Below, piece after piece: positions 63,462-64,000 of a stretch of 64,000 bases of DNA. Location: assembly GCA_963701855.1 (NCBI GenBank), contig CAVPBK010000009.1, forward strand, positions 256,001 through 320,000, in the 5' to 3' direction. The DNA comes from Nitrospirota bacterium. GTDB lineage: Bacteria > Nitrospirota > Nitrospiria > Nitrospirales > Nitrospiraceae. Under the pieces are notes generated by a model. The model saw nothing but the letters and a program-made list of their open reading frames with translations. It was not told the DNA's origin and made no database searches. Position 1 is the stretch's first letter. The number at the start of each line of letters is the position of its first letter. Position numbers and translations under genes: made by a program.

Positions 63462-63821
63462 CGCTGACACAAACAGGACGCCAAGCACAGCATGGCCAAT
63501 CCCCGCTCCCCACAGCAACAGGCCGCCGAGACCCAACTCTGCCGCAGTCCAGAATAAAACCACGGCGGCCAGCACGTTATATGCGGTGATCCCGAGGCTC
63601 ACCGCCAGCCCGGCAGGAGTCCCGGCATGATCGCGGGCTTTCAGACAGGCCAGCCCAAGAGCGAAGACTCCCGCGCCGAAGAGCCGCGCCAGGACTGACG
63701 TGATCGGATCTACCGGCCCTCTGAGCAGTAACGATAGCAGCGGTCCCGGGGTAATCAGTGCCGGCACCCCCGCAAGTATTTCAAGACCGCCGCACAGAGT
63801 CAGCAAGAGTCTCAGCGACAT
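63420..63821 (-). CDS. small four-helix membrane protein
   Basis: Four hydrophobic segments; C-terminal tail lies inside the family C element. Confidence 0.7.
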   Translation of the reverse strand: MSLRLLLTLCGGLEILAGVPALITPGPLLSLLLRGPVDPITSVLARLFGAGVFALGLACLKARDHAGTPAGLAVSLGITAYNVLAAVVLFWTAAELGLGGLLLWGAGIGHAVLGVLFVSALTRIIHEHFCCNR

Positions 63822-64000
63822 CGCGTCTCATCCTTTCGATCAACAAAGGAATGCTCGGCATCGATAGTCTCTCTCATTGCGCAATTGACATCAATATGTT
63901 CCTTCGATATGCTTTGATGCATGCGAACAACCATTAACCTCCCGGATGACCTTTTGTCCCAAATCAAGAGGCTTGCGGCTACGTCACATTCCACGGTCAC

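Overview
GC-rich bacterial chromosomal window, probably Nitrospira-like (inferred from the AtpG sequence, the alginate-export-type porin and the repeat families; not provable here). It reads as an accessory mosaic in four blocks. (1) 1-30 kb: glycogen/sugar-phosphate mobilisation and substrate-level ATP genes (two GH63-like glucosidases, ppk2, glgX, and a minus-strand run fba-ackA-xfp-glgP-pgm-malQ-phosphatase-pgi-tkt-usp-channel-pgl), ending at an ISL3 relic and two tRNA 3'-end fragments near 30.3-30.75 kb. (2) 30.8-41 kb: a co-directional run of DcaP-like porin, L-serine dehydratase with a twin-arginine leader, MFS transporter, pta, ackA, pflB and pflA, a candidate periplasmic serine-fermentation system. 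(3) 42.8-47.8 kb: an orphan atpG, two paralogous secreted proteins (one with an atpG-derived N-terminus) and a beta-barrel, bracketed by two inverted 188-bp MITEs. (4) 51.8-61.8 kb: a ferrosome (fez)-like cluster (Cys-less P1B ATPase, HMA2 protein, small Gly-rich membrane proteins) divergent from a ParA ATPase and a small membrane-anchored partner, next to TMEM175, CAX and TolC genes. Several genes between 17.7 and 39.3 kb carry single-base insertions that may be sequencing errors. All calls are by eye from motifs; no database searches were run.
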